From Cirrosporium novae-zelandiae (lineage: Eukaryota), in contig JAPETS010000019.1 of assembly GCA_026023565.1 (NCBI GenBank), positions 62,001 through 126,000 of the forward strand: a stretch of DNA of 64,000 nucleotides. Reading direction: 5' to 3'. Below, in pieces: positions 11,615 to 24,300 of the stretch (position 1 is the first letter of the stretch; every line of letters begins with the position of its first letter). The translations under genes were made by a program, and so were the position numbers. The notes under the pieces are model-generated. The model had not been told where the DNA came from, searched no databases, and was given only the letters and a program-made list of their open reading frames with translations.

Positions 11615-11985
11615 GGTGATAGAAAATGCCCGTCTTGCAAGTGACCGAGGCTATGCGAAGTTCTCTGAAGGAAAAGGCAACTAAAGCAGTGTGTGAAGGG
11701 AGGCGAAGATGTGTGGGTTGAAAGTGTTAGTGAAGTGCGGTTAATATATTTTATGTAACTTTTATAAAAACAACTACAATCGACTCTAAAGTAAAACATT
11801 ATGCTCGGCAGCAGTCACCTTCTGCACACCGAAAGTCTTTCAATAGGCAGAAAGGACTAGACATCTAGCTGTTGATCTTTCCGGAACACGTTTGTGGATC
11901 AATTATATGCCACCTTTTCCGGGATCCGGATAAAGTGGCACTGTCAGGAGAGTACGCTTCCAAACCACTATGGTTTCTAGCAAAG

Positions 11986-12049
11986 ATATATTGATGTTCT
12001 GGCATATTCCGTGCCAAGACCAGATAGTATAGATGGAATATTTTTCATA
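11986..12049 (+). repeat. 64-bp dispersed direct repeat, copy 2
   Basis: 58/64 identical to 3131-3194. Confidence 0.9.
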
Positions 12050-13533
12050 ATTGGATTTACTATAATTCCATAATCCTTACACAAAATAACACAGCCCCTT
12101 CTGAGTTCTAACCGCTCGTACTGCTGCAAAATGCATATCGATTGTTGCACAGCAGTTTTGAATATGCTGCTAGCTGGTCAACCAGCACATAGACTTTATT
12201 AGGTGTGGAACGACTAGACAGGGGAATTGTAAGGAAGTGCAAAGGAGTGGAAAAGAAGAAGCAAATTATAGTTTCTCGTTCAGCGAATTTATACAGCATC
12301 CAGTTCAACTTGAATATCTCATAAGCGCTGTATAAAGCTCCGCAGCGAACCCCCTGCACTTTTTTTTATTAGAGTCTGTTATTGAACTTGAAAATGATTT
12401 ATACTCTACCATTAATTACATCAAGTGAATGTTATTATTTTCTATTGAACTCCAACCCCAAACTTCCTTTGAAGTTCGATCAGAGTTTAGTGTAACACGG
12501 AAGGATCCGTCTGTTGGTATGGTGGGGAAATATTGATAGTAGCTTATGGTAAGTACTGTACATTAGCATCAGACCATGGTTGTATGGGTTGGACTCGATC
12601 ATTGCAGATATACTCTATTACTATTTCTACCTAATCACGAATAGAATTTCGCAACTTAGGCTGTGGCTATTAACTGCCTAGCATGAACTCCATGTTCGAA
12701 ATTCAAGTCTTATCAATGACACCCCCTCCTTATCCCTTGAAAAATAAACAGTTCCCTAATGTAGACACTTATGGCTCATGCTAGCATGGGTCTGATATAA
12801 AGATTATGACGGGCTAAATCATTTCTTTTAGGCAGCTTGGGGCATCAATTATTTTACTGGAATGTTGAGCCTTAAAATCCTATTGGACCAACTGGACACC
12901 CCTTCCGGTGTGGGCAATGAGAGTCTGCTTTAGGGGATTCAACTGACCATAATAATACAGCGTTCTTATGAAAACAAACAAATGCAGAACTCACCCTTCA
13001 AACCGCAGCATTATGTTGAGTTGTACCAACACATGAGATAGGAAACGCCAAGACTTCGGAGTAGAACACTTTTCTTCCTTCTACAAATCACTAGAGCCTA
13101 GAAGAGATCAACCCTCTAAAATGAGATACTTTTTCAGTACATGACCATTCTTCTCTCCAGTAAGCTTAAACATCGTAACTCAATGCACCATTCCAGTCAC
13201 TGGTATTGGAAAAGGTTGGTGCAAGAATGGAGGGGCTGAGATGAGATAGGATTGGTTTAGGAAAGATAGCATACTGTGTGCTTTGATTGAAGGATACGAT
13301 TAACTATCGTCAGTATGCGATGCAGCTAAACAAGAACATTGAGTTGTCCTTAAAAAGTTTGCCCAGTTTGATAGCCTGTAGCTCGTTATCATGAGAAAGT
13401 CCCATATGAGTCCGCCACGTCAGATAACTATTCCAAGATAAATATTAATATATGACCCTCAACGATTTAATTAATTTTATTTTATAATACTCTAGTCCAA
13501 CGACGATATTCTTTCGACCTTCTCATTTCGGCC

Positions 13534-16008
13534 ATGACTGAGGAAGCGGGACCAAGTGCTGTCCAGTCGCTCGATGAGGTCCTCGCCACATTGGAAAGTC
13601 ACATGGCTTTGGGACAGAAGATCAATGAAGGCGAAGACAATTCCAATGGCGAGGGAACGGATCTGGGGATGGAAGCCCTTGTCAAAACACTTTACGAAGG
13701 ACCCCTCAAATGCAATTGCTGTGTGAATTGGGTGGAAATAGAGCCGGACGACCTAAAAGAGTCAGTGGAGGAGACATCAGATGCCAAACGCCATGCGCTA
13801 GTTGTGAAAATCAGGAAAAGCCACTCGGGGACAAAATCGACCCATGTTGATCAGATTGTTGTTCAAAGCCCACTGTTGAAAAATTTCCTTCAACGCATGA
13901 TTAATGATTACCCTGGGGTCACCCTGGGATCGAACGGTGTGACCTTCTCGAAACCTTTTACACCATTCTTCCATAATTGGGATAACCTCGAGAAAGCTAG
14001 CGATAACCATGATGATAGCAAGACCAGGGAGCATATTAAGCTGTTGTTTCAGACCTTGAAGAAGGAGCTTAAGGCTACCATCAACACTCACGAAATCTTT
14101 ACATCGCACGGTGTTATCACTTTTGATTACCTATGGACTTTGTTCAAACCTGGAGATATTGTCTACCAGCGCCGTCACAATCATGACTGGATGTACCGCT
14201 TGTTACGATACGAATACGATACAAATGATAATACGCCATCATTTGACTTACAGTGCGCTTATATTGATTGGGATGGTTCTAAGTTTGGCTTTGCTGTCAT
14301 TTGGGTGCGAATTATGTCATTTAATAGCACAAAACCTATCACAGAGCTGGACGTATATCCGAGTTGCTTCATCAAGTCTCGAGATTGTGTTAGGGAGAGA
14401 ATCCTAAATCGCGGCAAGACTTTCCAGTCGCTAAAGGATCACCACTACCGGGCTCATCGGGGTACGGCTATTATGCAGCCATCAAACGGCCATTTCTTTT
14501 ATTCTACTTCACTTTATTTTAGTATATTTTGTTTTTCCCCTATTTTTTATATTAATCCAAATTTTTCTAATTAGGTTATCTTGACAGCTGGGAATGTGAT
14601 CATTGATGCGAAGAATTACTTTAAATTCTGCTCAGATTCTCAAATTTACCTAAAAGATAGCTTACCTACCCGAGAGCCGTCCATGGGCAGATCCAGCCAT
14701 TCCTCCTATTTCTGGTCCAGATCTGAAAGTTACCTTAATAGAGAGCATAGTAATTTTCGAACCCGACCTGGAGATTTAGAACAAAGAAAGACAAAGCTAG
14801 GTACGTTGCAACTAAAGTAGAGCTGATTTTTCAGTATTATTGTGTGCTAATATCGGCGGCTATTAGCCAGTAGTATATTCTCAGATGAAGAATTCCTAAT
14901 TTGTAACCCTTACGTGAGAGGATACTCTCTTAAACTCAAAAAATGGGGTAAATTGATGCTCAAACCTTAGGTGCGAGGCTCATCGTTACTTTTAGCCGAA
15001 TTTCTCGTCGAGGACATCTCAAATATAGTCTGGAATAATGATTCCTTTGATCGTCTGGTCCTGCCAGAGAGCTACAAGAAGACCATACTTACCTTTGTCA
15101 ACAGTCAGATCTCACAAGATTATACCCTCGACGATATTATCGAGGGAAAAGGTATATTTATATCAACTTCATACTGCCTGTCAATAGTATACTGAATATT
15201 CTGGATAGGCCAAGGCATCATCATGTTGCTCAGCGGAGAACCAGGAGTAGGAAAGACTCTCACAGCAGAATCAGGCACTATCATTTACTCCTATACCTAC
15301 TATGTACTCAAATACCAGTATTAATGTTTGGGCTACTTCCCTACAGTGGCAGAGAAACTGCGCACGCCGTTATACGCTGTAACGGCTGGTGAGCTAGGCT
15401 CAAACGCGAATGATATCGAGAAACGCCTATCCACAATCCTTGAGATAGTGGCGAAATGGAAAGCTGTGCTTCTCCTGGACAAAGCAGATGTCTTCTTAGA
15501 ACAGCGCTCTAATCATGATCTTGAACGTAAAAAGCTAGTTGCAAGTAAGTGCTTTTGCATGAAAGTGGAATCATCTCTAGTTTTCTCTCCTTCTTAATTG
15601 CATCGCCTCCTGACGGTATAAATCCCACTTCTACTGCTAGTCTTTCTCCGCACCCTCGAATACTATAAGGGGATCCTTCTCATAACGACCAACCGCTCCT
15701 CCTCATTTGCAAAGGCCTTCCAATCGCGTATTCATCTTAGTCTCAAGTACTTAGCTTTGAGCACAGAGTCGCAGAAAAAGATATGGCGGAACTTCATCAA
15801 TCCCATAACTTCAAAGGAGACCGAATTTAGCGATGACGACTTAGCAGCATCTACCAGATATCAAATGAATGGGCGTGAGATAAAAAATGCCGTGAAAATG
15901 GCCTGCTTGGTGGCTGCTCAAGACCAGGAAGCTTTTGCAGCGAAGCATGTTCATACTATTTTGGGGGTTCTTCATGGAGATCCTTTAGATGGGTCTGTAG
16001 ATGCTTAG
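13534..16008 (+). CDS. Fungal AAA+ ATPase (multi-exon), possibly degenerate
   Basis: CNCCVNW and ITFDYLWTLFKPG in the N-terminal region; Walker A GEPGVGKT at 15235-15258; Walker B reads LLLDKAD (E>K); FLRTLEYYKG-TTNR; SRIH; MNGREIKN. One GC donor at 15275 and an unclear first donor. Confidence 0.8.
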
Positions 16009-16072
16009 CTATTTTCACGATATATTATGCGGTCAAAATCAGAATATCACTTTTTCGTTACTTCTTCCTGGA

Positions 16073-17912
16073 TTATTGAAATATATCACAGCTATCTGTT
16101 CTATTCATTATTAGGGGAAAGAATTCCAATTCACACTGCCCTCCGGGTTCTCGTTGACGTTGAATAACCTCTCCATCCATTATACCATAAACGTAACTAT
16201 TAGAAACTTAGTAGTCATCTTTAGTGCCAGTTATCCTAACAACTACTCACCTTTCCCCAACAAAAGTATAGATAGTCTTGTTGTACTGCCGTAACACAAA
16301 AGGGACCATTCCTCCTAGTAGCACAGTGACGATATCACCAATACGTGTTTTAGGATGACACAGGCCCATATAGCCCTTCTGGATCAGAAAAAATACCCGA
16401 CATGAGCATTTACTAGCTGGATCTGTCCTTATTAATCTTTTCAATTCCAGCTCTTCGTCTGAGGTACCTTGGTGGTATGTGATAGTTTTCCAAGGCCTCA
16501 CGATCGAGCCTCCCAAGCTTTGGGTTTTTGCTGAACAGCGTATGCGCAGGATGTTGATCAGCAAAGACTGTTCTCCAAAATGCTTCTAGGTTCGATTGCG
16601 ATGTTCCAAGGTAGCACATCTAATTTGCAAGAATCAATTATAATGGATTGAGCTAGATCTGTATAGACTTTGCTGGTGGGAAGACTATAATCCACCTTTT
16701 TCTTGTTTTCGGGATCAGCAAGGGCAGGCACAGCATATATCTTATCACGGGGATCGCTAGATAAATGTCTTCTGCAGAGACCCAGGAGCTCTAAAAAATT
16801 CGGATATTTTGACACCCTACGTTGCAGTCGTAAGACCGATATTACACGAGCTTTTGTGTTCAAGTCTGGAATAGGGATGATCACGGTCTTTCTGAAACTG
16901 AGATCGGAGGTCCGTTGTATCAGTTTATTCATGTTTCCGCTGAGTAACCACATAAAGTTGTTGAGCGCCGCCCAGTTGAGCGAGTCACGTCCACAGTAGA
17001 CAACCATTTTCCGAGCATGAACGGCCTCTTGGATTATCCAAATTCGGTACCACCATGAGCGTTGTAAAAGCTTACTAATAATGTCCCAGTCTCGCAAGTT
17101 AAGGGAGAAGGAAAAGGTTTGATCAAACTCAGTAAAATAGGGTATTTCTTCATCCAAACTGGTGATAAAAGAATGTGATAGTAACTCCTTATTGCACCGA
17201 CGTACGAGGTCAAATGCCGAGGAACTGGTATTACTTTCAGGTCCAAGCCAGACCACGACCTGCTCCGCTTCTTCACAGACCTTGCCCATTTTTTGAACTT
17301 GTTCATTACCCTCATTGATATTCTTCTGGTCGATACAAATCGCATTGATCCATAAAACTCGAAGATTGTTCCGATAGCGTAAATTACGAAGAGCTGATTC
17401 GAGACTCTCTGTCGCACGGAAATAAGGCGTGTCTTTGATATGTCTCCCCACGTATATGACAAAGCACTATAGACAGGGGACTGGTTTAGGGATGCGACGC
17501 ATAGTTTGCATTTAATATCAGCTGATTTTTCGAGAGACGGAAGCAGGACGACTAAACGAATAGAATCATCGTCGGGTAATGGTATGTAACGATAGCAGTC
17601 ATCTGGCAACTCTGGCCCGTATTCGGCTATGGGATCTTCGGATAATTTCAGGCCTTGAATTGCTTCCACAACCTTGGTTCGTCTATTTTCAGGAAATCGT
17701 TCGATATACCATTTCATAAATGTAGGCCATGCAAATTCTTCTGGGGTGTCGGTTTTTGACTGCTCATATGTCTTCAAATAGACTACCGGTGCTATCCACA
17801 AAACCGCCTTCCTGAAAACAACATCGTCCGCTATCTCACTACACATCTGCATAGCTATGTCCCTGAAATGACTCTTTTTCTCTGAATCACTACCTATAGC
17901 TTCGAGCTCCAT
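16073..17912 (-). pseudogene. HET-domain (HET-6-like) heterokaryon incompatibility pseudogene
   Basis: HET motifs spread over different frames: IRLVVL/YSALSYTWG; LWINAICIDQ/QVQKM/VVVWLG/WWYRIWIIQE/DPRDKIYA; EAFWRT; GYMGL..GDIVTVLLGGMVPFVLR..FVGE; YVYGIMDGE. Frame breaks near 17420, 16610 and 16500. Confidence 0.85.
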
Positions 17913-18467
17913 TTTCACTTAGGTGCTAGGCTTTGCTAGGTAGAATCGATCACTTGGGTCAGGAATCATGTCCCTATCTTTGAAAGGAACAACAATTTTT
18001 TCTTCTAAGAGTGCTTTGGCAAGAACTTTGTTGCTAGCTATATTCGCTCAGGATACCAGGAAAGAAAATGTCTGAAAATAGTTTCAAGAAAGAATGACTT
18101 TTCAAATGAAGTGAAAAGGTTTTTCAAAGTAAGACCTTCCGTGGTAAAATATGATCAAATAAGGATAAGTAAATCTTATATCGTTCATGACTGATATAGC
18201 TGCCCCCCCTCCATAGTAAGTAAGAGTCTGTGGCACCCCTATGATGTTATTTTGCTTAGTTGGTTGATTCTATTCGCCGAGTATCAAAATTCATAGTTGC
18301 CTAGCTGACGGCGGGGGTGGCTACTGTAATTAACTTCGCGATAAGTTTAGTTGACTTGGTCCTTCAACTGTTAAGGCTGCAGTTGCAGTCTTGAGATTGG
18401 AGGACTTATCATGCAAGGAACCGCAAATAGAGGTTCTTGTGTAATGCAAGCCGAAACCGGGGTAGGG

Positions 18468-18574
18468 AATGGACCAGACCGACCACATCAAGGGGTTCGG
18501 TTTAGTCGGTCACATAATACAGTTATATAATACAGGTCGGTCGGGGTTAGACCGTGTATTTGGTCTGGTCCATT
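18468..18574. mobile_element. MITE-like fold-back remnant
   Basis: Perfect 13-bp inverted repeat AATGGACCAGACC (18468-18480 / 18562-18574); shares GTCGGTCACATAA and AGACCGACC with the element at 54283-54902; no target-site duplication (TSD) seen. Confidence 0.6.
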
Positions 18575-18701
18575 ACTACTATTACCCACAACCTAAGTTG
18601 TGCTGGTGGGGGTCTATATCCATTTCTTACAGCCCAATAAGTTCCACACTTCTGTATTTTCCCTTGCTTTCCTATTCAAAATCTCTTTCGGGTTCAACAT
18701 T

Positions 18702-19822
18702 ATGAAAAGTTTCTCCACAATAGCTTCTAAGATTGAAACCCGCCAGATACTCCAAGGCAAAATTGGGGCTTACGCCATTTCTGCTTTAGTTCATGCCAAC
18801 TACCCAAATATCTGATTAGCTCGGTAAACAAACCCCATCTATTTCTTTCCGTCCTGAACTATCTTACTTATGAGCAGTAGAGATTCAAACCACAAAACTG
18901 TTATTGTGAAAATCGGGAATCCGTATCTTTTGAAAAATGAGCGCAAAATTCTTTCAGAGTTCAAAGGCCATACCTCTATTCGGCAAATGCTAGATGAAAT
19001 TGAGCAACCACAGTCACTGGTGTTATCATACTTAGATGGTGATCTCCCAAGTCTTTCAGATCACACACAACTGGAGCAGTCTAACTTTAAACATGTCTCG
19101 AAAGAAATACTTAAAGCGTTGATATCAATGCATGAAAAGGGTTTAATTCATACCGGTATTTTGCCATTATTGTTGTTTAATTGGCCCTGACTAACTTTAA
19201 TTGGATTATAGATATTAAACCTAATAATATTCTTGTCAACTTCGATAGTGATAAACGGCATTTTACCAAAGTTGAACTAGCCGACTGCAGAGATGGCGTT
19301 CATCGGGACTCAGCCAAAGATTTTCAGAAACACGTAATTGGGACTCCAATCTATAGGAGTCCAGAAGCGCTGTGCCGGCTGCCTTGGGATTGCTCTACGG
19401 GTATATGGTCTTTTGGTGCAGTGGTAAGTGAAAATAATAAAACTATGGTATCATATTCTGACCTTTCAAAATAGCTCATCCACATGATATATGGAAAGGG
19501 TTGGAATATTTTCTGTTTTTGTACATGTACCGATCCAAACAATCCAATCTGTAGGGTGGAAGTGCTACAGAGAATCGACAAATATTTCGGGCCTTTCCCC
19601 CTGAGGTATCAGGAATTCGCGGATGACGATACATTGGATCTTCTTACGTGGATCATGAGCTGGACAACATTGAAGGGCGGCATGACACCTTTCACCAATA
19701 CTTCTTCAACGGAAATTACAAAAGAGGACAGAGCCTTTGTTTGTAAGATCATGAAGATTGATCCGAAAGAGAGGCCGACGGCAAAGGAGCTCCTGCTGGG
19801 TGAATGGTTCAACATAGAGTAG
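18702..19822 (+). pseudogene. Ser/Thr protein kinase pseudogene (4 exons)
   Basis: VIVK, HT|DIKPNNILV, GTPIYRSPE, IWSFG, DPKERPTAKELL. In-frame TGA at 18813-18815 in exon 1; the DFG position reads DCR; subdomain IX Asp reads Gly (TGIWSFG). Confidence 0.8.
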
Positions 19823-20296
19823 AAAGTCATCTTGCTTTCGCATGTTCCCCCTATCCTAGAGTAGGTATTCCTAAAAGACAAAACGAATCGCCAACCAAAT
19901 ATAAACTTCCATTTTTCACTTGGGAACACTATCTCTATGGTTAGGGGCTCTGCTCATTGTTATTATTCCTATCTCCTTCCAGTGCAATGCACAGCTTATT
20001 GGGGGGGGGGGGGGGGGAACAAGTCAACATTGATAGTTGTTCACTCAGTCGATAGACGAGTGGCGAATATATAAGGAGGCGTGAGGACGAATAAAATGCA
20101 TTGTTCACATATACTGCAGTGCCTGAGGCACTGCAACATGATCATCCTATACAGTAGCTTTTCCTCTTGATTAGTGTAGGCCGTGTAAATTAGAGTAATT
20201 ATTGTTAAGATTTTTTTAATGCTACACTACTATCCGTATGAGCCTATACAGGGAATAACTACTAAGATAAAGTAAAGTAATAATACCTAGAAAAGC

Positions 20297-20308
20297 AAAA
20301 AAAAAAAA
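20297..20308 (-). terminator. Pol III oligo-T terminator of the 5S gene
   Basis: Run of 12 T on the minus strand immediately after the 5S 3' end. Confidence 0.85.
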
Positions 20309-20427
20309 ACATACAACAGCCGGTATTCGCTGGTCGTCACCGACCCAACTACTAACCGGCCGGTCTCAAGTTTATGTATGGCAGAGCGGACGGGATGCCC
20401 AGTTCTCTTGAGCCTGTGGTCGTATGT
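20309..20427 (-). rRNA. 5S rRNA: Dispersed 5S rRNA gene (119 nt)
   Basis: Reverse complement reads ACATACGACCACAGG...GCATCCCGTCCGCTCTGCC...TTAGTAGTTGGGTCGGTGACGACCAGCGAA...GTTGTATGT; the ends pair; TATA-like tract about 25-35 nt upstream. Confidence 0.97.
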
Positions 20428-21363
20428 ACTAGGTTAACGTTAGCAAAGGTATATATATATATGTTGGCTTGTGCTCTAGACTCTAGGTGAGGTGGGAGGA
20501 AAGCAATCAAAAAATTTTTGGATCTATTTGTTATTGTAATCTACTAAAGCATAAGATTATTTGGACGACTAATCAACCAAACACAGTTCATATTGCATAT
20601 GAGAAGCCCCCCCCCAACGCTAATAACAGAAACATTCCACCAATCCTTCCCATACACCATCCTTGAACCACAGAAATCAAAGTAGAAAAAAAAAGAAATT
20701 TCAATATAGCTGCCTCCCTTGCTTTTCATAAAAGCTTAGATTCGGACGTTTGGGGTGGTGCTATCCATAACCAAATGCCCAGAAAGGATGGAGGAAAACC
20801 CCCTGACATCTTGAATGGAACCTTTCCACATGATACAACGGAGTTAGTCCTAGTAAGGTGTTTCTTCTGTATAAAATCTACGTCAATACAAGATTGCTAG
20901 GTGGGGAATGGATGGACGAATACCGTAAAAAGAGTTTGGTGACGTTGGGCCATGGTATGGGAGGATATGCTTTCGCTGTTGATGTGGGAATATAGGTGAA
21001 AAATATAATATAGTCGTTGTTGAAGGGGATGAGTTTGGGATTCTAGGAGCCGAAACAGGCGCACGAAATATCGTCATTTGAAGCTGAGAAAGTGACACTG
21101 CCTGGATATCTAGCTCGGGAGAGGCGTGACTAGCTCAAGGGAGAGAGGAAGAACGTATCTGGGCGGCGAGTGGGTGAACCAAGGGTGGCCAGTGCCTGAA
21201 CGAATAGTGGTGATGCTTGCTGGCTAAAGACCCATGTCCGACTACCAGATCTGATGAACGGCCCATCATAGATCTTGAAAAGGACGACCGGGAACGTCAC
21301 TCTAGTCAGTCTAATCGGCCGGCCCTTTTCCTTTCATTTAGACTTTGGTTTCATTGGCAATCG

Positions 21364-24300
21364 TTAGGAAGCTGACTGGCTATCTACAAGAAGCTCGGGG
21401 TCGTCGTCAGAGGAGGTGATATCCAATTGATCCTGTATTTTGGATAGAAATTGAGAAGAATCCTGGGTATCAGGATGATCAATTCCTAGTACCTTTTCTC
21501 GTAAATAAACCACTTCCTTCATTAAAGCTATTGCTTTTCTATCTCGAGTTTGTGATTTCCAAGTAACAGCGAGGTTAGACATCGTGCCCAATGTATTTGG
21601 ATGATCTGGCCCAAGAACTATTTTGCTGATTTCCACCCCTTCTATTTGTAATTCTTCTGCTTTTTTCCATTGTCCCTGAAAAAAATACGTGCACGCCAGA
21701 TTATTTATAGCTCGAATCGTATCTAGATCTTCCTTGGTTGACCTTCTTCTATGGACCGCGACAATGGCTTCCCAAATATTCATTAATTTTTAATACTAAC
21801 CCTAATCTTCATAAAAATAAACAAACCAAGAAGCAGAACGGTTCAATGATCCATAGTCAAAGACAGTATTAGATTTGAAAAAATGCTGGTCATTGAAGAT
21901 GCATGCATCTATGTGTGCAAGAGTCTCCCTTTTCATGTCCAAGGTGAGGGCCAGTTTGCGGCCAAAATAAATGACCGTTGGTAAAAGATCACTTGTTTCC
22001 TGCATATATTCACGCCTTTCTTGATTTTTTTGTCTCAACTGCAGCCAATCCTTGATCAAAGGATGTAAAGAGAAGGTTGCCCCTTTACTACCGGATTCAC
22101 GAAGAACACTATCGAGGAGAGAGTGTTGATGTAACTCTCGGATAAGGTCCCAATATATCTCCCTGTCCCAGGAACCTTGGTTGAAAATAGAGCTTTCTCC
22201 TTCACTCGGGCCTTGGTCGGAGTTTATTTCATCTGATTTTTCACCTGGATTCTCTTCACTACTTGTGGAACTAAAGATTTTAATCCATTCTGGAAGAAAA
22301 TTTGTATATGTGTGATAATATGCAAAGAGATATTCACCAATACTCACTAGATCGAAGAAAGCAAAGAGTGTGAGGAAGTGTCCCATATAATCCCGTTTTT
22401 GGGGCTCATTAAGTCTAATTTGCTAGAAAGACATTTCCCAGGTAGTGTATACACCGATCGCCTTTTCCTTTTCTGGTTCATTATCAATCTTTTGATATTC
22501 CCAAAAATACTTTGGTGTATAACTCATAATAATCTTCCTCTACTTGTCATATTGGGATAGGAACTGTGAGATAGGAATCTGTTTGAACTTTATATATGTA
22601 GTAGCTTGATTAATGGTTAAGGCGAGGCCACCTAACCTGTTAACGATTTCTAAACCCTGATCTTTGTTTTCTTGGGTTTTGTCATCTGTGTAATCCCACA
22701 GAAGTAATTTCAGCCCTTCTTCATCAGCCATACGCGGGATTTGGATCAGTTTACCCAAACAGCGGACATCTTCTCGCCTACTAGCGACAATAATCGCTCC
22801 TCGTCCGTCTAGATTCATTAGTGAAGTCTAAATTCTATTGGAAAATGGTTCTTACTTGAAGGAAAGAATTCAATCACGTCCTTGAAAGCATCCAGATCGT
22901 CATAGTTATCAAAGATAAGTAACCAGCGTTCGTCCCACTTTTCCAAACTATATTTTACAAATTTAATCGTGGAAGAAATATCTAGCAGTTCCGTCCTCAG
23001 AGGCTCGTTGAGCTCTTTGGCGATGTTTTCAAAATCTCGCTCTACTGTTGCTGTGGTGGTAGCATCAACCCAAAAAATACCGCGGAAGGACCCTTTTGAT
23101 CTCCGACAGTATTCCAGTGCAATTTGGGTTTTGCCTTGTCCTCCCAGTGCTTGAAGAATAAGAATCTCTGGGCGAGAGTTGTCGGAATTCGAGAAGGCTA
23201 ATTCAATTGTTTGAAGGATTGTATTGCGGCCAATAAATCTTTGAACATGTTTGGGTGGAACAAGATAATAAGTCTTGAGTACTGGTTTTATTATCTTGCA
23301 CTCAAGTTTCCCTTTTGTCCAGTTAGATAGAAATTCTTCTAAAGTTGATATTTGCATAAGCTACGCACAACTAGTCAAATCTTCGACGGTATACGGGAAG
23401 TTGGTAACGGACTCAGATGACTGCTCTTTCAACCAACTTGTTTCACACAAAATATCTTCCTTCTTTGAAGACACCAATGCATTAACGATATCATCTACCT
23501 GAGTACAAGCGTCGCTCAATTCCAGGTATGAGTTGGTGTATGTGGCGACCTCTCCGAGTTTATTCCATTCTGCTAGAGATATGCTTCCAAGTCCACAATC
23601 CACATTAAGACGATGATAGCCAATCTGTGGTACGGCTTTGAACCTCCTCTTCATTTCTTCTGCAACCGCGTCTGAGTGTGTTGCCTTTTTTTTCAAAGCC
23701 CGGATGAGATCTACTGGAAGTGCCTTCTGGAATAGGCCAGGCTTATCAAATTTTACAGCCGTTGCCAATCCAGTGCCGATACTGACTACACAAGCAATCT
23801 TTCTGTCTTTCGAAAATATTTTCTTCGCCTCTTGCAACACCTCCTTTATAGGGTTATTATATCCGAGCCCACCATCAAGAAACTCTTCCTTAGCGTCTTG
23901 GGAGCCGATCGATATACGCTTAAAGTAAGTGGGTGCCGCAGAGGTGGCTCGGGCAGCTTCCCATATTTTGCAATCGTAGGAGGCACTGCTTCTGACTCGA
24001 TACGTTCGGAAGGCACGAGGCCCTGCACGGGCATCCATATCTTTTGCTAAAGTGGCATACACGAAACTAAAGAAGCAGGACTGTTACTCGGTAGTGCTTT
24101 GGAATACTAGAGTCGACGCTTACACTTTGCATGCTTTCTCCCCCTTTGGATCTAACATTGTGGCTTCCTCGTCATGATTGGGGAGCTTTCTCTAGATTAC
24201 GTGCCCTAAACCTCCCTTCTGAAAGATTATGCTTGGTAACCTCAAACACCTTTCTGGAAATATTGATATATTCCTGCAATGCCTCAGATACAGGTAGCCT

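Noticed and set aside
20001..20135. G17 homopolymer and TGCAGTGCC-TGA-GGCACTGCA hairpin
   Set aside because: Short isolated features with no supporting context.
23290..23370. In-frame TAG between the patatin and NB-ARC regions as an inactivating stop
   Set aside because: It falls in a plausible GTGCGT...CTAAC...AAG intron.
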